Virus record (IMG/VR): IMGVR_UViG_3300032272_000725
Coordinates: 1 to 31,144 of that record
Reading direction: 5' to 3' (one strand)
Source of the DNA: a virus
Lineage: Duplodnaviria > Caudoviricetes
DNA: 31,144 bases
This document shows, in pieces, positions 8,673 to 16,470 of this stretch. The notes below the pieces were generated by a model that saw nothing but the letters and a program-made list of their open reading frames with translations, searched no databases and was not told where the DNA came from. The position numbers and the translations under genes were made by a program. Within the stretch, counting starts at the first letter, position 1. Each line of letters starts with the position of its first letter.

Positions 8673-9728
8673 TTAAAGGTCGGCGAGGGCCGGGGTTACA
8701 GATGGATCATCTATGTACTTTATGATCGGCTGAACGTGCTGCGCCTGGATGCTGTGGATCGACAACAGGCCTAAAGCGTCCAGCATCGGCAGCAGTTCCA
8801 TATTGCAATCTTTTAGCTTTTGCCGGATAGCGCGAATATCTGACTCCGAGGCATTGTCAGTCGGCCCCGCTGGCTGCCCCTCGCTTTCATCTACTTGAGA
8901 CCCCTCGCCCGAGGTGCGCCTGTCCATTTCGGCCTGCGCGGCGTCGCGGACGTGATCCTTTTGCGCGTTTTTGATACACCAGTCAATGTAGTCATTAGGA
9001 ACCTCGCTCCATAACTGGCCGCGGTGCTTGCCGAAGTTAATCCGCTCGCCCGCTTCCCCGCTGGCCGGTCGGCTAGTGGCTTTCTTTTGTGAGGCGGGTG
9101 CGCTGGATTTATGTAACTCCGGATCGTCTTCTATGTCCTGAGTGAAGTGATCAGACGCTGCGGTCGCGGTTAATACCCCATCCACCAGTGCTCGCTTCTT
9201 TGCGATCTTGAGGCAGGTGTTGTAATAGTCAGTCGGATTGTCATGTTCAATCTTTTCCACGATAAACCAGGTGCCGTCGACCTTTTTGGTTCTGTACTGA
9301 TTCCCACCAAGCAGGGCCGGGTCACGATGCTCCCAATATTCTTTCGGCACTTCCTGGTCGGTCACGTTAGTGCGGAATCTATAGCGTGACTCGCGGGTGC
9401 TGCATACGCCGGTTCCGATGCCGATCACTCGGCCCGTTCCCATGTGAGTCAAAACACATCGAACCGCATACTCGCGGTGCTCGTCGGGGTGATCCGTTAT
9501 TTCTACTTCTGGATCAACGGCTAGTTGAAAAGCGAGCACCAGTTTCTGTGCGCCGGGCAGCAGTAAGGTAGGCTTGCTTCCACATCCGGGAATTTTCCCG
9601 TAATGCATATCTTCTTTCATTACACTTTTGGCCATCGAGTCTATCAGGGCGACGTGGTTCTGCATGTCGACTAGTGATAACTGCTGACCATTTTCTGTAA
9701 AGGTTTGTATTTCTTGGTTTGCTGACAT
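8673..9728 (-). CDS. Putative single-strand annealing protein (Rad52/Sak/Erf-like) with internal DUF3820-like domain
   Basis: HYGKIPG...KPTL..PGAQK, NT.LK.AKKRA.VD..L......SD.FTQD.ED; FGKHRG..W..VP.DY..W; adjacent to the exonuclease. Confidence 0.65.
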   Translation of the reverse strand: MSANQEIQTFTENGQQLSLVDMQNHVALIDSMAKSVMKEDMHYGKIPGCGSKPTLLLPGAQKLVLAFQLAVDPEVEITDHPDEHREYAVRCVLTHMGTGRVIGIGTGVCSTRESRYRFRTNVTDQEVPKEYWEHRDPALLGGNQYRTKKVDGTWFIVEKIEHDNPTDYYNTCLKIAKKRALVDGVLTATAASDHFTQDIEDDPELHKSSAPASQKKATSRPASGEAGERINFGKHRGQLWSEVPNDYIDWCIKNAQKDHVRDAAQAEMDRRTSGEGSQVDESEGQPAGPTDNASESDIRAIRQKLKDCNMELLPMLDALGLLSIHSIQAQHVQPIIKYIDDPSVTPALADL

Positions 9729-9733
9729 TGGAT

Positions 9734-9973
9734 TTAATCCTCATGGTGGTTTATTAAACTACAGATACACTCGCGCTTACGTTGACCACATCCCCTGGAG
9801 CAAACTTCGTCCCATTGTGGTTTGTCGTCATAGATAGGCACCGCCCTTACGTCACCGCCCAGAGTGTTTTCCAGGTGATAACCTTTTTCGGCGAGCCGGG
9901 AGGCGAGTTCTAGTATAGGCATTTCATCAGGTGCATCGATGCCCAGGAATGCGGGTACGTCTATCATGTTCAC
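9734..9973 (-). CDS. Hypothetical protein, first gene of the leftward operon
   Basis: 79-aa ORF with AAGGGG RBS downstream of the leftward promoter. Confidence 0.6.
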   Translation of the reverse strand: MNMIDVPAFLGIDAPDEMPILELASRLAEKGYHLENTLGGDVRAVPIYDDKPQWDEVCSRGCGQRKRECICSLINHHED

Positions 9974-10008
9974 TGATTCCCCTTGATTTGAATTTGTAAA
10001 CGCCTTGA

Positions 10009-10037
10009 ATAATATATCAACGGTTGCATGTTGTAAA
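10009..10037 (-). promoter_or_regulatory. Leftward sigma70-type promoter
   Basis: TTTACA-N17-TATTAT on the minus strand. Confidence 0.7.
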
Positions 10038-10052
10038 CGCTTTGATTAAGAT
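10024..10052 (+). promoter_or_regulatory. Rightward sigma70-type promoter (leaderless for the Cro-like gene)
   Basis: TTGCAT-N17-TAAGAT, with ATG 6 nt after the -10 box. Confidence 0.7.
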
Positions 10053-10058
10053 AAGATC

Positions 10059-10325
10059 ATGAAAAACGCTAAAACCTCCCTCGCCATACGAACCTTGTTC
10101 CAGGCATACATCGATCAGCTACCGGCTGCGAACCCAAAAGAACGAAAGTTCCCTAACGAAAATGGCCGCAAGATTATAACCGCGTCCGAGCGTCTAGGTG
10201 TATCAGTGACGTATGTTTACAGCATCATATCTGGACGCCGCGGCATATCGCCCGACCTGGCTCAAAAGATTCATGATGATAGTGGCGGCGCTTTTGATCG
10301 CTGTGATTTAGTTTTCGGCCCATGA
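10059..10325 (+). CDS. Cro-like HTH regulator
   Basis: ASERLGVSVTYVYSIISGRRGISPDLAQKI HTH; first gene of the rightward operon. Confidence 0.82.
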   Translation: MKNAKTSLAIRTLFQAYIDQLPAANPKERKFPNENGRKIITASERLGVSVTYVYSIISGRRGISPDLAQKIHDDSGGAFDRCDLVFGP

Positions 10326-10906
10326 TCAATCCTTTAATCCCGGACGACAAACTATGCCTAGAACTCCCGCCCGATCTCACTTTTGAGGATTGGGATAATA
10401 TTGGGATGCAAATATATTCCTTTAGCAGACACGTTCCATGGTTGCTCGGGGACTGGCTTTTGTTCGGCGAGGCGCAATACGGCGAGCAGTATGCATCGGC
10501 GCAAATAGCTACCGGCAAAGCCTATGACACGCTCGCGCAATATAAGATGGTCTCCAAAAAGTTCGGCGTCGAAAAACGGCACGATGAATTAACCTGGAGT
10601 CATTACCTCCGATTATGCAAAATTTCCGACGATAAGGTTGACGCCCTGATTGAACAGGCTATCGACGAAGAATTGTCAGTCAGTGAGTTGAAAGAATTGA
10701 TGTCCGATAGTGAACCGGGCATGACCACCGATACCCCGACCCAAAACAAGAACGGCGAATTTAGTCTTACAGGCCGCGTCACGTTTGTCAGTGGGGAATT
10801 GATGGAGATAAAAGAATGCAGTGTGAAAATGAAAAAAACCCCGGAGGCCCTCTTTGAAATATGGAGCGCGTCCGGGGTTATGATTTGCCAGGTGACCTTG
10901 GAGTAA
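10322..10906 (+). CDS. LmbU-like transcriptional regulator
   Basis: LPPDLTFEDW..IG, WLLGDWLLFGE..YGE.Y, LTWSHY, LSV.EL motifs. Confidence 0.7.
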   Translation: MINPLIPDDKLCLELPPDLTFEDWDNIGMQIYSFSRHVPWLLGDWLLFGEAQYGEQYASAQIATGKAYDTLAQYKMVSKKFGVEKRHDELTWSHYLRLCKISDDKVDALIEQAIDEELSVSELKELMSDSEPGMTTDTPTQNKNGEFSLTGRVTFVSGELMEIKECSVKMKKTPEALFEIWSASGVMICQVTLE

Positions 10907-11154
10907 CCTGAACGGGCCGATACCCCGACTCAAGTAAGTGTGGCAAAGCGGTGCCAGCCTATCAAAAAAGCCGCGATAATGGAATGCTTTACAATACCTG
11001 CTCTGACCGAGCCAACTGTCAACAGGAACCCGATAAAGGACAGAGGGGGAACTGAGTACCTGGTCTAACGGCCATCGCTTAATAGCGGACGATCCTCGTG
11101 ATCGGGGGAAAAGGGGCTAGATGAATCAATCACAACCATCAAGGGGATGGCATT

Positions 11155-11538
11155 ATGAGTAAAACCAAGCTACCAGATAGCTATACGGTCACCGATACAC
11201 ATCGCGCTTATTGTTTGGGCCGATGGGGTTTCGGAGAATTGGCCGATATCATTTTCCCGGTTTTTCGGGATCACCATAAATCGAAGGGAACTAAATACGC
11301 GGATTGGGATCGCGCTTTCCAAAACTGGATACGATGGTCGGCCCCCGGAGGACGGTTCCATAATACCCACGAGTGGGATCGACTCCTGGTCGCCGCAAAG
11401 AATCGCATCTATGGCGACCGCAAAAGGAAGACGCCTGGATACGACCCTCGCGGCCCTCAACCGGCAAAGCCTGCGGAGCGATCATCAAAGGAAGTTGCTC
11501 GCGCTGCCATCGCTAAAATACGGAGTTTGCAAACATGA
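11155..11538 (+). CDS. Replication protein, DnaT-like / initiator C-terminal-like domain
   Basis: F.DHH..KG....DW.RAF.NW.R motif typical of the C-terminus of phage replication organisers. Confidence 0.6.
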   Translation: MSKTKLPDSYTVTDTHRAYCLGRWGFGELADIIFPVFRDHHKSKGTKYADWDRAFQNWIRWSAPGGRFHNTHEWDRLLVAAKNRIYGDRKRKTPGYDPRGPQPAKPAERSSKEVARAAIAKIRSLQT

Positions 11539-11777
11539 AAAACAAACAGGAAGACTTAAATAATCACTTATTCGCTCAACTGGAAAGACTCGGCGACGAA
11601 TCTTTAAAGGACGACGCCCTGGAGGCTGAGCTCAAAAGGAGCCAGGCAGTCACGAACGTGGCGAAGCAGCTTATCAGTTCCGGCAACCTGGCTTTAAACG
11701 CGCAGGTCAAATTGGGCGACGGTCTGATCCGAAAAAAGCCGGAGTTCTTTTTAGAGAAACAAGATGCCGAGGGGTGA
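11535..11777 (+). CDS. Conserved small phage protein preceding the HNH nuclease
   Basis: DLNNHLFAQLERL...E..RS.AV motif; ATGA overlap. Confidence 0.7.
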   Translation: MKNKQEDLNNHLFAQLERLGDESLKDDALEAELKRSQAVTNVAKQLISSGNLALNAQVKLGDGLIRKKPEFFLEKQDAEG

Positions 11778-12399
11778 GAGGCATACCTGGACGCCCGAGC
11801 AGGTTGCGTTCGTCCGGGCCTATTATCCTCATTACCAGCGTCGGCACGTGGCTTACATGATCAACGAGGCTTTCAACCTGTTCCTCACGGAAATGCAAAT
11901 CAAGGTCTGCGTCCGAAAATATAACCTGGTGTGCAATCGCAACGGGAAATTCATGAAGGGCAACATCAACTGGAACAAAGGAACTAAAGGACTGTGCAAG
12001 CCTAACAGTGGCAGCTTCAAAAAAGGCGATATGCCTGGCAACGTGAAACCGATGTGGACTGAACGCATCTGTCCGAAGGATGGATTTATCTTGATGAAAG
12101 TCCCTCGCCCGAACCCTTATACCAAGTCCGAGTCCAGGTATATGCACAAGCACGTTTATATTTGGGAAGAGGAGTACGGGCCGGTGCCAGGAGACCATGT
12201 GATCCGCTTCATCGATGGCGACAAATTAAATTGCGTCATTGATAACCTTGAATGTATATCCCGGTCGCTTCACTGCCGCATGAATAAAAACCGAGTCGGC
12301 AGCCTGCCTGCGGAGGTGCGTCAATCTGGAAGACTGATCGCCGAGATACAACAGGCCCGCGGCAAACTAAAAAAGGAGAGTCAAAATGCCAGTAAGTAA
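11764..12399 (+). CDS. HNH endonuclease with NUMOD-like repeats
   Basis: FMKGNINWNKG / FKKG.MPGN repeats; KH..IWE...GPVP..HVI.F.DG.K.N....NL. Confidence 0.85.
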   Translation: MPRGERHTWTPEQVAFVRAYYPHYQRRHVAYMINEAFNLFLTEMQIKVCVRKYNLVCNRNGKFMKGNINWNKGTKGLCKPNSGSFKKGDMPGNVKPMWTERICPKDGFILMKVPRPNPYTKSESRYMHKHVYIWEEEYGPVPGDHVIRFIDGDKLNCVIDNLECISRSLHCRMNKNRVGSLPAEVRQSGRLIAEIQQARGKLKKESQNASK

Positions 12400-12895
12400 T
12401 GAACGAATATTAGAGTTATTTGATTTACACGCAGACTATCGAACACCAATACACCAGACGGTGATATGTGTTTTCCGCGAAGCCCTAACCGAAACCGATG
12501 CACTACACAAAAAGGAACTGGAAAAAGCGAATAAGGGATTGGATTTAGCGGCTCAACGGGAAGTGGGTTTGAACAGACAGTTCAATAAAGTCATGGATGA
12601 AAACAAACGCCTGCGTGACGCGCTTGAGAAGATAAACATGCGATGTACCAACTTAGGTGTTGCATGTGAGATAGCAAAACAAGCCCTATCCGGCGAACAA
12701 GAACAGGAGGAAGCTTGTAAGAAATGTTGGTGGCAAGAAGGTGGTCGGTGTTATTTCGGGGAACCAGAAAGAGACAGTAATGGCTTGTCGCAGGTTGAGG
12801 CATTAAACCTATGTGAGAACTTTAAGGTAAAAAAGGGATATGTTGCATCGTTTTTCACTGAATGGCAGAAACAAGAGCAGGACGACCATGCCTAA
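12386..12895 (+). CDS. Hypothetical protein (coiled coil plus Cys cluster)
   Basis: 169-aa ORF with AAGGAG RBS, tightly packed in the operon. Confidence 0.6.
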   Translation: MPVSNERILELFDLHADYRTPIHQTVICVFREALTETDALHKKELEKANKGLDLAAQREVGLNRQFNKVMDENKRLRDALEKINMRCTNLGVACEIAKQALSGEQEQEEACKKCWWQEGGRCYFGEPERDSNGLSQVEALNLCENFKVKKGYVASFFTEWQKQEQDDHA

Positions 12896-13271
12896 TTACC
12901 GATCAAGAAAACTATTGAACCATGCCCGCGGTAAAGCATGCATCCGTTGCCGGCGAGAAGACGGAACGACCATACCGGCTCATTACTCCGGCATGATGAG
13001 CTTCAAACTTGGCAAGGGGACAGGGATTAAACCTCACGACCTGACTGCCGACTTATGCATGGCCTGCCATCACTATTTTGATATGCACGAGGCCGCGTCT
13101 AAAGAAGACTCGGGCCTGGAGTTTATGATGCTAGTCCTGGCAACGCTTAAACGGCGCATTGATGAAGGCAACGTCACCGTCCAGGACAAGGTCGGTGTGC
13201 TTTATCGCCTGACAGACTTTGCGGTATCATTAGTCGAGGCATTGAAAGATGGAGAATTAAATGTCAAATGA
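12888..13271 (+). CDS. DUF1364/YbcO-like Zn-binding putative nuclease
   Basis: RSRKLL..ARG..C.RC....TT..AH, G.K..D, C..CH..FD; start at ATG 12888. Confidence 0.75.
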   Translation: MPNYRSRKLLNHARGKACIRCRREDGTTIPAHYSGMMSFKLGKGTGIKPHDLTADLCMACHHYFDMHEAASKEDSGLEFMMLVLATLKRRIDEGNVTVQDKVGVLYRLTDFAVSLVEALKDGELNVK

Positions 13272-13590
13272 TAAAGTTTTAAACTCGCCCGCCTACCAAA
13301 AGGCGATGGAATATTTCAACAGCTTGAAAAAGGTAAACGCGCAATCGCTTAACAAAAAAGAGCGTGAGCGGTGGGAGCACCTGCAGGCCAGGAAAAAATA
13401 TTTGAATGAAAAATATCCAGATATTTATACGATGCCCGATCATATCGCTAAACCACAGCAAGAACATTTCGCAAAGACAATGGAGAACTTACAATGGGAG
13501 GAGGGCGCATCGATGAGCATGGCGAACCTGGAACCACCGAAAGACAAGCACGACCGGCGGCCCGCACCACCACGATCTCGATCCCGATAG
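13261..13590 (+). CDS. Hypothetical protein
   Basis: 109-aa ORF with GGAG RBS overlapping the upstream stop. Confidence 0.55.
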   Translation: MSNDKVLNSPAYQKAMEYFNSLKKVNAQSLNKKERERWEHLQARKKYLNEKYPDIYTMPDHIAKPQQEHFAKTMENLQWEEGASMSMANLEPPKDKHDRRPAPPRSRSR

Positions 13591-13835
13591 AGCTGCCGAC
13601 GTGGAATCAAATAACACGCGATCTTCATTGGCATGCGAGGGCAAAATTAGACCGTACAATAAAGCAGTACATATCCATATCCATTCAATACGCCGAAGGC
13701 TTGTCGACCCCGACGCAGTATCAGGCAAAGCAGCTATTGATGGAATCGTCAAAGCAGGATTATTACGCGACGATACAGTCCGGGAAATCGCGTCCATCAC
13801 ATACTCGCAAGAAAAAGGCGAACCGGAAACGATAA
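13494..13835 (+). CDS. ORF carrying a RusA-like N-terminal motif (ISIPIELPTWNQ...HWHARAK)
   Basis: GGAGA RBS 7 nt before the ATG; overlaps the catalytic RusA-like ORF in another frame. Confidence 0.4.
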   Translation: MGGGRIDEHGEPGTTERQARPAARTTTISIPIELPTWNQITRDLHWHARAKLDRTIKQYISISIQYAEGLSTPTQYQAKQLLMESSKQDYYATIQSGKSRPSHTRKKKANRKR

Positions 13836-13858
13836 TCACGATCGCCGAATCGGAATAA
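13601..13858 (+). CDS. rusA: RusA-like Holliday junction resolvase, catalytic portion
   Basis: VHIHIHS.RRRL.DPD....K..IDG.V.AG.L.DD motif; GTG start with weak RBS. Confidence 0.7.
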   Translation: MESNNTRSSLACEGKIRPYNKAVHIHIHSIRRRLVDPDAVSGKAAIDGIVKAGLLRDDTVREIASITYSQEKGEPETIITIAESE

Positions 13859-13881
13859 AAAAAGGGCCGTTTTACAGGCCC
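13857..13881 (-). terminator. Rho-independent terminator for the amidoligase gene
   Basis: GGGCC-N8-GGCCC hairpin followed by T7 on the minus strand. Confidence 0.7.
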
Positions 13882-13907
13882 GAGGGGTTCACCTTGGAGG
13901 GTGATGT

Positions 13908-14909
13908 TTAAGCGGTGAAGGCCTCGCGGCGTCCGTCAAAGTATGTGCGGGTGGCGGGGTCAATTCTAATTGATTCGGTTACTACTATTTCGGCGCGTTC
14001 TCTCAATGCGTTTAATCGGCGGTTAAAATTGTAACGGCCTCTCCAGTATCTTACCGAGGTGCTCGTGCTATTGGTATCAAATAAACGGTTTATGGTCACT
14101 AATACTGATTCGTTGGTCATGCCCTCGCTCATTAGGTCTATAACCGTTCGGCCTTTCGTACCCTCGGCTGGTGAAAATTCTTTCTTATGGCGGGCTTGTT
14201 GAAACTGGTTTAAAAATTCTTGTGTAGTATTAACCGCGGTGCCGGCGTTTAAAAATTCAAACATCCCGCTCCAGCTTCCATCGGTTGCGCGTTCGTTAGA
14301 AGTTTCAACGAGGGCCTGTGTAAACTCTATCCAGCTTGCTATTTTTTCATATTCAGTTGATCCACTATGTTGGCGAAACTCAACGGTGCCGTGGCGGCTA
14401 AAGCTGCTCAAGTTCACTGCGCTATAACGGGGGCAGGCGTCTGCTACTGTATGCGCGTTCTCGCTGCTTCTAGCTACTGAGGTTTGTATCCTTGCCCATT
14501 GGCTGTTGCGGCGGCTTCTAGGTAATACGCCGTTTATATTGCTGCTGAACTTGCTGTAGTTTAAAACTATGTTTTCCATTTGGGTTCCGTTCAGGTCACG
14601 AGCGTCATGGTGTACGTGTAAGCCGGTGCTGCGGTTGACCGTCACTTCCCCGTTTTCGTTGATGGCGTCTAATACTTTTTTCAGTTGGTTTAATCCGTCT
14701 TGGCCTTTCAGTATCGGGCTTACTAATTCTGCGCCCCCGTTACCTAGGCTGGCGTCCGTTACTAATTTCCAGTGGTTGCGGGTGTTGTGGTTATAGGCCT
14801 CTGCTCTACAAGGTACGCCTGCGCGGTTAATAATCTCGGCTAACATTGGGCGGTGTAGTTGGCTTATCAGTTCTATTTCTATTCCAAATTTTCTGTTGTT
14901 GTTAATCAT
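13908..14909 (-). CDS. Putative amidoligase (COOH-NH2 ligase, Amidoligase_2-like)
   Basis: FGIEIE, W.L.TD.SL, ELVSPIL, TGLHVH, RY.AVNL, TVEFRQH motifs; GGAG RBS. Confidence 0.88.
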   Translation of the reverse strand: MINNNRKFGIEIELISQLHRPMLAEIINRAGVPCRAEAYNHNTRNHWKLVTDASLGNGGAELVSPILKGQDGLNQLKKVLDAINENGEVTVNRSTGLHVHHDARDLNGTQMENIVLNYSKFSSNINGVLPRSRRNSQWARIQTSVARSSENAHTVADACPRYSAVNLSSFSRHGTVEFRQHSGSTEYEKIASWIEFTQALVETSNERATDGSWSGMFEFLNAGTAVNTTQEFLNQFQQARHKKEFSPAEGTKGRTVIDLMSEGMTNESVLVTINRLFDTNSTSTSVRYWRGRYNFNRRLNALRERAEIVVTESIRIDPATRTYFDGRREAFTA

Positions 14910-14956
14910 CGTTTTCTCTCCAAGGTTTGTTTTGTATTTATCTTTATGTTGAATAG

Positions 14957-14985
14957 ACTATAGTATCGATCACGAACAATGTCCA
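14957..14985 (-). promoter_or_regulatory. sigma70-type promoter for the amidoligase
   Basis: TGGACA-N17-TATAGT on the minus strand with an AT-rich upstream region. Confidence 0.7.
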
Positions 14986-15185
14986 TTCATTCAATGAAAA
15001 TAATTGCCTTGTAAGTTACTGAAAACAAAGACAAAGAAAAAAAAGATCGAAAAAAGTGATTATTTTTTTTATTCCAGGCAATTCAATCACTTACAGGCGG
15101 GAAAAGTTGTCGAAATGACTGGCGAACTCTGTACACATCGACTAATATTAAACCATCAGTTAAATACAGCAACCGGAGAAACAAA

Positions 15186-15368
15186 ATGTTAAGCACTAAC
15201 CAGGTAATAGAAAAAGCCCAAAAAGTAGCAAAAGACGATCCAAGTTTAGCCGACGCGATGAACGACACGATCAGGCAAATGAAAAGCGACGCAGACCGGT
15301 ACGGTGACGAGCAGGCTGCCTTTTTAGCTGATGAAGTAATTGACGACTGCCTCGGCCTTTTTGATTAA
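15186..15368 (+). CDS. Small acidic hypothetical protein
   Basis: 60 aa with GGAG RBS downstream of the AT-rich region. Confidence 0.6.
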   Translation: MLSTNQVIEKAQKVAKDDPSLADAMNDTIRQMKSDADRYGDEQAAFLADEVIDDCLGLFD

Positions 15369-15401
15369 ACCTTAACCACCCACATATACTGGAGAAAAAA
15401 G

Positions 15402-15932
15402 ATGGCACGTAAAAAACTATATTTCGCATACGGCATGAACATGGAACAAATTATGATGCATGCCCGGTGCAGAACATCGGAGCCGGTGAGCAAGGCAATA
15501 CTGCCGGATTACAGGCTAGTATTTAACGGGGTCGCAAACGTACAGCCAAAACAATCAAGCATGGTGCGCGGCGCCCTATACAAGATCGGCCCGAAAGACG
15601 AGGCCGCACTGGATACCTTAGAAGGGTTCCCGACCTTGTACGAAAAAAAGACGGTGACGGTGGTTGACGATACCGGCAAAAGAGTTAAGGCGATGATGTA
15701 TATCATGAATAAGAAAAGACGCGGACGCCGAGTAGCGAACCCACCGACCGATTTTTATTACGATATGATCGCTCAAGGTTATGAGCAATGGGGCCACAGC
15801 GACGTACCTCTTAAAAAGGCCCGCGACCGCAGCGAACGAATGGCAACGGAGCGCCGGGAAAGGAACAGGGAGGACTGGGGCCGAAACGGGAACGGGCAAT
15901 TCTTACAAGGCGCCTTGGGGTTCGGGTCATGA
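15402..15932 (+). CDS. Gamma-glutamylcyclotransferase (AIG2-like) family protein
   Basis: LYFAYG.NM, Y.L.F, V.G.LY, LD..EG motifs. Confidence 0.88.
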   Translation: MARKKLYFAYGMNMEQIMMHARCRTSEPVSKAILPDYRLVFNGVANVQPKQSSMVRGALYKIGPKDEAALDTLEGFPTLYEKKTVTVVDDTGKRVKAMMYIMNKKRRGRRVANPPTDFYYDMIAQGYEQWGHSDVPLKKARDRSERMATERRERNREDWGRNGNGQFLQGALGFGS

Positions 15933-16183
15933 GCGCCGAAACCGTTTCACGCCAAACTCTTGTGATCGATCACAAAACTGGCCTCCAGGTATTTAGAAAA
16001 TCTCGAGAGTGGACTCAAGAACAGGCCGCGGAGTACTTCGGGGTCACGGTTCGCGGGTATCAACATTGGGAGGCCGGCACTCGCGCTATACCGGGGCCGG
16101 TTGATCGCCTTATGGAAGTGCAGGGAAACTTGGATCAGCTGACCATCGTTTATAACGGGAGGGAAGAGCATGACGCTGGATGA
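15929..16183 (+). CDS. XRE-family HTH protein
   Basis: WTQEQAAEYFGVTVRGYQHWEAG...IP. Confidence 0.85.
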   Translation: MSAETVSRQTLVIDHKTGLQVFRKSREWTQEQAAEYFGVTVRGYQHWEAGTRAIPGPVDRLMEVQGNLDQLTIVYNGREEHDAG

Positions 16184-16376
16184 ATTTAGAAAACCGTATA
16201 CTGAAAACACGTTCGTCAGGTTTACCGATGGGAGCGGCTTATACGTTGAGGCCGGGTTCACCATTGAGGAAACTTTGGAAATGATGGTTGCTCGTGATAA
16301 GCATATCGCGGTGCATGCTTTGATTGATAAGGAGGAGGACGTTACTGATTTGCTAAAAGAGAACGGCCACATCTAA
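16170..16376 (+). CDS. Hypothetical protein
   Basis: 68-aa ORF with GGAGG RBS, ending just before a terminator. Confidence 0.6.
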   Translation: MTLDEFRKPYTENTFVRFTDGSGLYVEAGFTIEETLEMMVARDKHIAVHALIDKEEDVTDLLKENGHI

Positions 16377-16408
16377 TTCCTACAGAGGGCCTCACCCCTC
16401 GACGCTTT

Positions 16409-16438
16409 GCTCGGTATCCTCTACCGGGCTTTTTTTTT
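16409..16438 (+). terminator. Rho-independent terminator
   Basis: GCTCGGTA-tcctc-TACCGGGC followed by T9. Confidence 0.85.
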
Positions 16439-16464
16439 GCCATTACGACGAATTATTGTACTAT
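16437..16464 (+). promoter_or_regulatory. Promoter for the methyltransferase/terminase region
   Basis: TTGCCA-N16-TACTAT; ATG 16471 is 6 nt downstream with no SD. Confidence 0.6.
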
Positions 16465-16470
16465 CCGATC

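Larger units (their letters stand above)
9994..10053 (+). repeat. 23-bp imperfect direct repeat pair (operator candidates)
   Basis: ttgtaaacgccttgaataatata (9994-10016) vs ttgtaaacgctttgattaagata (10031-10053), 20/23 identical. Confidence 0.8.

Noticed and set aside
11001-11050. CTGACCGAG resembling a hammerhead ribozyme core
   Set aside because: Extra base relative to CUGANGA and no properly placed GAAA or three-stem junction found
11764-12399. HNH gene as an intron-encoded homing endonuclease
   Set aside because: No interrupted gene or intron structure; overlaps its neighbours as a normal operon member
15004-15192. 62-aa Lys-rich ORF in the AT-rich region
   Set aside because: TTG start without an RBS; translation of A tracts in a promoter region
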